Shown here piece after piece: positions 60,435-64,000 of a DNA stretch of 64,000 nt; position 1 is the first letter of the stretch; each line of letters starts with the position of its first letter. The notes under the pieces were generated by a model, which worked only from the letters and a program-made list of their open reading frames with translations, searched no databases and was not told the origin of the DNA. Origin of the DNA: an uncultured delta proteobacterium (GTDB lineage Bacteria > Myxococcota > UBA727 > VGSZ01); the NCBI GenBank assembly GCA_963775425.1, contig CAVZJB010000007.1, positions 1 to 64,000 on the forward strand, read 5' to 3'. Position numbers and translations under genes: made by a program.

Positions 60435-61481
60435 TCAGTTGCAGAAGACGTCGGTGTCGATCTTCGGCCAGTAGTACACGAACGCGTTGCAGTGCTCCGC
60501 CGTCTCCACCGTGCCGCCGAACGTGTAGCAGCAGTCGTTGGCGCCCTCCGGGTCGCAATCGTTGACGGCGTCGCAGCCCGCCGACGGCTCGCGCCACTGG
60601 TACGCGCAGGTCCACCACACGCCGCCGCCCGACGGCGACACCGCGTCGAGGCCGGTGGCCATGGGCGGATCGTCCCACTGCAGGCTCTCGTAGAACATAT
60701 CGTCGTCGCCGGGGTGCTCGAGCGAGAGGCCGTCCCACGTGTACATGCGCATGCTCGCGAGGCGGCTGTGGCCGTGGCCGTTGGCGGCGGCGATGTGGAT
60801 GTCGGCGCCCGGCGGGAAGCTGCAGGTGCCGTCGAAGCTGGGGTTCGGGTGCGACTGGCAGATGCGAATGCTCTGCTGGGTGGCGAAGAGCGTCCCCATC
60901 TCGATCGGGTCGGGGTCGGGGGACTTGTAGAAGTTCACCTTGGCCTCGCCGCCGTTGGGCGTCTTTTGCGTGCTGGCGTTCACGTAGTGCGCCTGGAGCA
61001 TCAACAGCTCGCCGGGGTGGAAGCGCTGCGCGACGCCCTCGGGCAGGTGCCAGTCGACGCCGACGTCCTGCGAGTTGGCGACCAGCGGCCAGTCCGCCCA
61101 GTTGGTGGAGATCCGGCACTCGCCGCCGTGGACGACGTCGCCGGGGGCGCCGGAGAGGTTGATGATGCTGTTCACGCGAAACACGGTCATGTGGTGCGTG
61201 CCGTCGCGCTCGCCGATGCGGATGCGGTTGATGAAGACGTCGTCGCCGTGGTTGATGTCGGGGACGGCGAAGAAGTAGCAGTCCTGCACCTCGGTGCCCG
61301 CGGGCACGTCGAACACCGGCGTCCGCAACTGGAAGCCCTGATCCGGCGTGAGGTCCTCGACGCCGTCGATGCTCGGATCGCTCGTGTCCGGCGGCGGAGG
61401 CGCCATCAGGCAGCCTCCCGCCAGAAGGCCGCCCGTCAGAAAACCGACACCTGCGACGACGACGCAGATCCGCAGAACCAT
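60435..61481 (-). CDS. PHM/DBH-like copper type II monooxygenase-fold lipoprotein
   Basis: PAGTEVQDCYF, THH, QAHY, GHGH, EHCNAFVYYWP, lipobox AGGC. Confidence 0.75.
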   Translation of the reverse strand: MVLRICVVVAGVGFLTGGLLAGGCLMAPPPPDTSDPSIDGVEDLTPDQGFQLRTPVFDVPAGTEVQDCYFFAVPDINHGDDVFINRIRIGERDGTHHMTVFRVNSIINLSGAPGDVVHGGECRISTNWADWPLVANSQDVGVDWHLPEGVAQRFHPGELLMLQAHYVNASTQKTPNGGEAKVNFYKSPDPDPIEMGTLFATQQSIRICQSHPNPSFDGTCSFPPGADIHIAAANGHGHSRLASMRMYTWDGLSLEHPGDDDMFYESLQWDDPPMATGLDAVSPSGGGVWWTCAYQWREPSAGCDAVNDCDPEGANDCCYTFGGTVETAEHCNAFVYYWPKIDTDVFCN

Positions 61482-61587
61482 CACGCCTCCAGCGAGCAGC
61501 GTAACACGTCGTTGCCGCCATGCAGGACGCGGACCATCGGTCAGCGTGCGGTCCCGCACGCCCGGTGCGCGCGGGGGGCCGGCGGCG

Positions 61588-62103
61588 CTAGAGGGCTTCG
61601 ATGGCGCCGATGACGTCGTCGACGTGGCCGGCGACCTTCACCTTGGGCCACGCGCGGGCGATCTTGCCGCTTTTGTCGACGAGGAAGGTGGAGCGGATCA
61701 CCCCGAGGACCTTCTTGCCGTACATGACCTTTTCGCCCCAGGCGCCCCAGGCGCTGTGCACGGCGAGATCGGGATCGGACAGGAGCGTAAACGGCAGCTT
61801 GTACTTGGCCTTGAACTTGTCGTGGCTGGCCATGCTGTCCCTGGACACGCCGTAGACGACGGCGCCGGTCTTCGCGATGCGCGCCATGTTGTCGCGAAAG
61901 TCGCAGGCCTCGGTGGTGCAGCCGGGCGTGTCATCGCGCGGATAGAAGTAGACGACCGTGGGCTTGCCTTTGACGAGGCCGTGCGTCGCGCCGTCGGTGC
62001 CGGCCAGCGTGAACGACGGCGCCTTGTCGCCGACGTCGAGCTTCACCTTGGACGCGGGCGGGGGCTTCTTCTTCGCGGGGGCGGCCTTCTTCTTGGCGGG
62101 CAT
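61588..62103 (-). CDS. bcp: Thioredoxin-dependent peroxiredoxin BCP
   Basis: YFYPRDDTPGCTTEACDFRD, IRSTFLVD. Confidence 0.93.
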   Translation of the reverse strand: MPAKKKAAPAKKKPPPASKVKLDVGDKAPSFTLAGTDGATHGLVKGKPTVVYFYPRDDTPGCTTEACDFRDNMARIAKTGAVVYGVSRDSMASHDKFKAKYKLPFTLLSDPDLAVHSAWGAWGEKVMYGKKVLGVIRSTFLVDKSGKIARAWPKVKVAGHVDDVIGAIEAL

Positions 62104-62106
62104 GCG

Positions 62107-63036
62107 TCACTCCTGGTTCTTGCGCGCGAGCTCGCGGCGGCGCTTCATGTCGTCGGTGGCGTAGAGCATCAAGGGGGGCGCGCGATCCTGCAGCAGGAGC
62201 CGCGCGCCCGTGGGGAGATCGAAGGCCTCGTGCGGCCCGTCGAGGTACACGCGCCCCTCGCGCATCTTGGAAGTCACCGCGACGGCGTCCCCCCGCTCGA
62301 GCCAGAACGAGGCGAGCGCGAGCGGGGGGCCGTCGGCGAGGAAGGGCTCGCGGACGCGCACCTGGCAGCGCTCGTCGTCGAGCTCCACCACGGTGCCTCC
62401 CGCCGACGCCACCGCCGCCGTGGACCCCGCGGCGGTGCTCACCCAGACGCCGGAGGAGCGGTGATCCTCGACGGAGCCCCACTTCTGACGGGCGCGGTGC
62501 TCGATGAAGTAGCGCGACGTGGCCGCCGGGTTCTTGTGTGCCACCAGCACGTCGTTCAGCACCGGAAACGGCAAGGGCTCGTCGTCGATGGTGCCCGACA
62601 GGCGGCGCACCGGCGTCGGCCGCCAGGCGTCCGACAGCAGGTCGGCGAGGAGCGCGGCGAAGTTCCCGCGGTGGCCGGCGCACAGGAAGCCCACGGAGTG
62701 ACCGGGGTCCGAATTCACGCCGAGGACCGATTGGTCGACGACCTTGTGGCTCGCGTCGAGCAGCGTGCCGTCGCCGCCGACGCTGACGACGAGCTTGCCG
62801 TCGATCATCTCGGGCTTGAGGCGGGCCCGGTACACCTTCTTGTGCTCGACGCGCTCCGCCTTCAGCGCGCGCTCCACCTCGACGAGCGTGGCGTCGTGCG
62901 CCTCGTGCGACGCCTGCATCGGCGCGACGCTCGGGTCACGCTTGTGGAGGAGGCGCTGGATGCGCGTGTTGTGCTTCTCGGCGGCAAGCTGGAGCAGCGA
63001 CTTCTTGTAGACGATGAGGACGTCGGGGCGTCTCAT
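62107..63036 (-). CDS. nadK: NAD(+)/NADH kinase
   Basis: VGGDGTLL, LNDV, SSGVWVSTAAGSTA. Confidence 0.88.
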   Translation of the reverse strand: MRRPDVLIVYKKSLLQLAAEKHNTRIQRLLHKRDPSVAPMQASHEAHDATLVEVERALKAERVEHKKVYRARLKPEMIDGKLVVSVGGDGTLLDASHKVVDQSVLGVNSDPGHSVGFLCAGHRGNFAALLADLLSDAWRPTPVRRLSGTIDDEPLPFPVLNDVLVAHKNPAATSRYFIEHRARQKWGSVEDHRSSGVWVSTAAGSTAAVASAGGTVVELDDERCQVRVREPFLADGPPLALASFWLERGDAVAVTSKMREGRVYLDGPHEAFDLPTGARLLLQDRAPPLMLYATDDMKRRRELARKNQE

Positions 63037-63112
63037 ACCGGGCTCCTCGCCGTACGTTCCCTTGACCGTCGATCGCCCCGGGTCCTAGCGTGACCGCGGC
63101 GGGACCAAAACA

Positions 63113-63850
63113 GTGGATGATCAACACAAGACTGCGCTGGTCAACTCGTTCACCAACATCGTGCGCCAGTCCGGGGTGGCGGGCATCGATGCCCAGCGGC
63201 TCGGCATGGCCTTCCGCATGAGCCTCGAGGGCGACCAGACCGTCATCGAGCTCCAGCCGCTGTTCGACTACCTCACCAAGGACCAGGGGGTCCCCGAGCA
63301 GTCCGTGCTCGAGCTCTGCGTGATCCTGAAGGCCCGCGAGGAGAAGCTCAGCGTCACATTCGCGCCGGCGGAGAAGCAGGCCGAGCTGCCCGACGCGGCG
63401 GTGCAGAAGATCATGACGGCCTTCCATGGCCGCGTGGGCACGTGGGACAAGACCGGCGAGGTCGTGCTGCCGCCCAAGCCCGGCGCGGCGGCCGAGCCGG
63501 GGTGGGCGCCCAAGAAGGACAACAAGCGCGGGGACAAGCGGCCGCGCACCAACACCCGCGTCCTCGCGGCCGCGCTCGGCGTCTGCGTCCTCGCCGGGAT
63601 CTTCTTCTTCGGGTGGCGCGCCAAGACCCTCAAGCCGCCGATGCGGGAGATCCCGATCCCCGCGGGGGTCAAGTGCGCGCACGTCCAATCCGACGGCACC
63701 ACCGCGATCTGCGACGTCACGCGGGCGATGGTGAAGAGCATGGATCGCCCTACGCTCGAGGCCCTCGCGCTCAACAACAAGCGGGCGCTCCGGACGCGGA
63801 TGATCGTCGTGCGAACCCTCGAGGATCAGAAGATCATCATTCTGAAATAG
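63113..63850 (+). CDS. Hypothetical single-pass membrane protein
   Basis: Coding-like GC3 bias, one TM (VLAAALGVCVLAGIFFFGW), short C-terminal domain with two Cys. Confidence 0.7.
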   Translation: MDDQHKTALVNSFTNIVRQSGVAGIDAQRLGMAFRMSLEGDQTVIELQPLFDYLTKDQGVPEQSVLELCVILKAREEKLSVTFAPAEKQAELPDAAVQKIMTAFHGRVGTWDKTGEVVLPPKPGAAAEPGWAPKKDNKRGDKRPRTNTRVLAAALGVCVLAGIFFFGWRAKTLKPPMREIPIPAGVKCAHVQSDGTTAICDVTRAMVKSMDRPTLEALALNNKRALRTRMIVVRTLEDQKIIILK

Positions 63851-64000
63851 GTCCGTACCCAGGTTGCCAGGGGCGCTCGAGCCGGTCATAAGAATCCCGG
63901 TTCTATTCCCGTCCCGGCCGGAGCGTGCGTGACCACGGCGTTGTCTTCCCTCGAATGGGTCCGGGCCCCCCAGCAAGCGCGCAGCCAGGACACCCTGGCC

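Noticed and set aside
63975-64000. AGCCAGGACACCCTGGC resembling the 3' end of a cobalamin riboswitch; the minus strand loosely resembles the RNase P RNA 3' end
   Set aside because: The required conserved elements (B12 box core, RNase P P4 consensus) are not present in the right order.

Overview
Very GC-rich (about 70% or more by eye) bacterial chromosome segment with a Myxococcota/Deltaproteobacteria-like gene repertoire: Cys-rich lipoproteins, a CglB-like VWA lipoprotein, PilZ, and DUF1501/PSD1 cytochromes. It holds about 50 real CDSs, one tRNA-Leu(UAA) and a decayed osmC. No CRISPR array, IS element or prophage was seen. Main blocks: (i) 4.3-29 kb cell-envelope locus with four paralogous GT-C-like membrane proteins, two GT2 enzymes, two methyltransferases, an LtaS-like enzyme and a CapA fusion, interleaved with two c-heme PSD1-like/Tat DUF1501 modules; (ii) argC-argB and surface lipoproteins; (iii) a divergent citrate synthase / HTH-citrate synthase pair, fpg, PilZ and an mmsA-ureidopropionase-C45-ScoA cluster; (iv) a minus-strand run headed by an adenylate cyclase-CHAT protease-TM-CsgG-like receptor coupled to a secreted CsgG-like-TPR partner; (v) tRNA, a PHM-like Cu monooxygenase with Met->His, bcp and NAD kinase. 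Twelve start codons have a TA dinucleotide exactly 12 nt upstream, suggesting widespread leaderless transcription. Five single-base frameshifts are probably long-read errors. All family calls come from motif recognition by eye, not from database searches.
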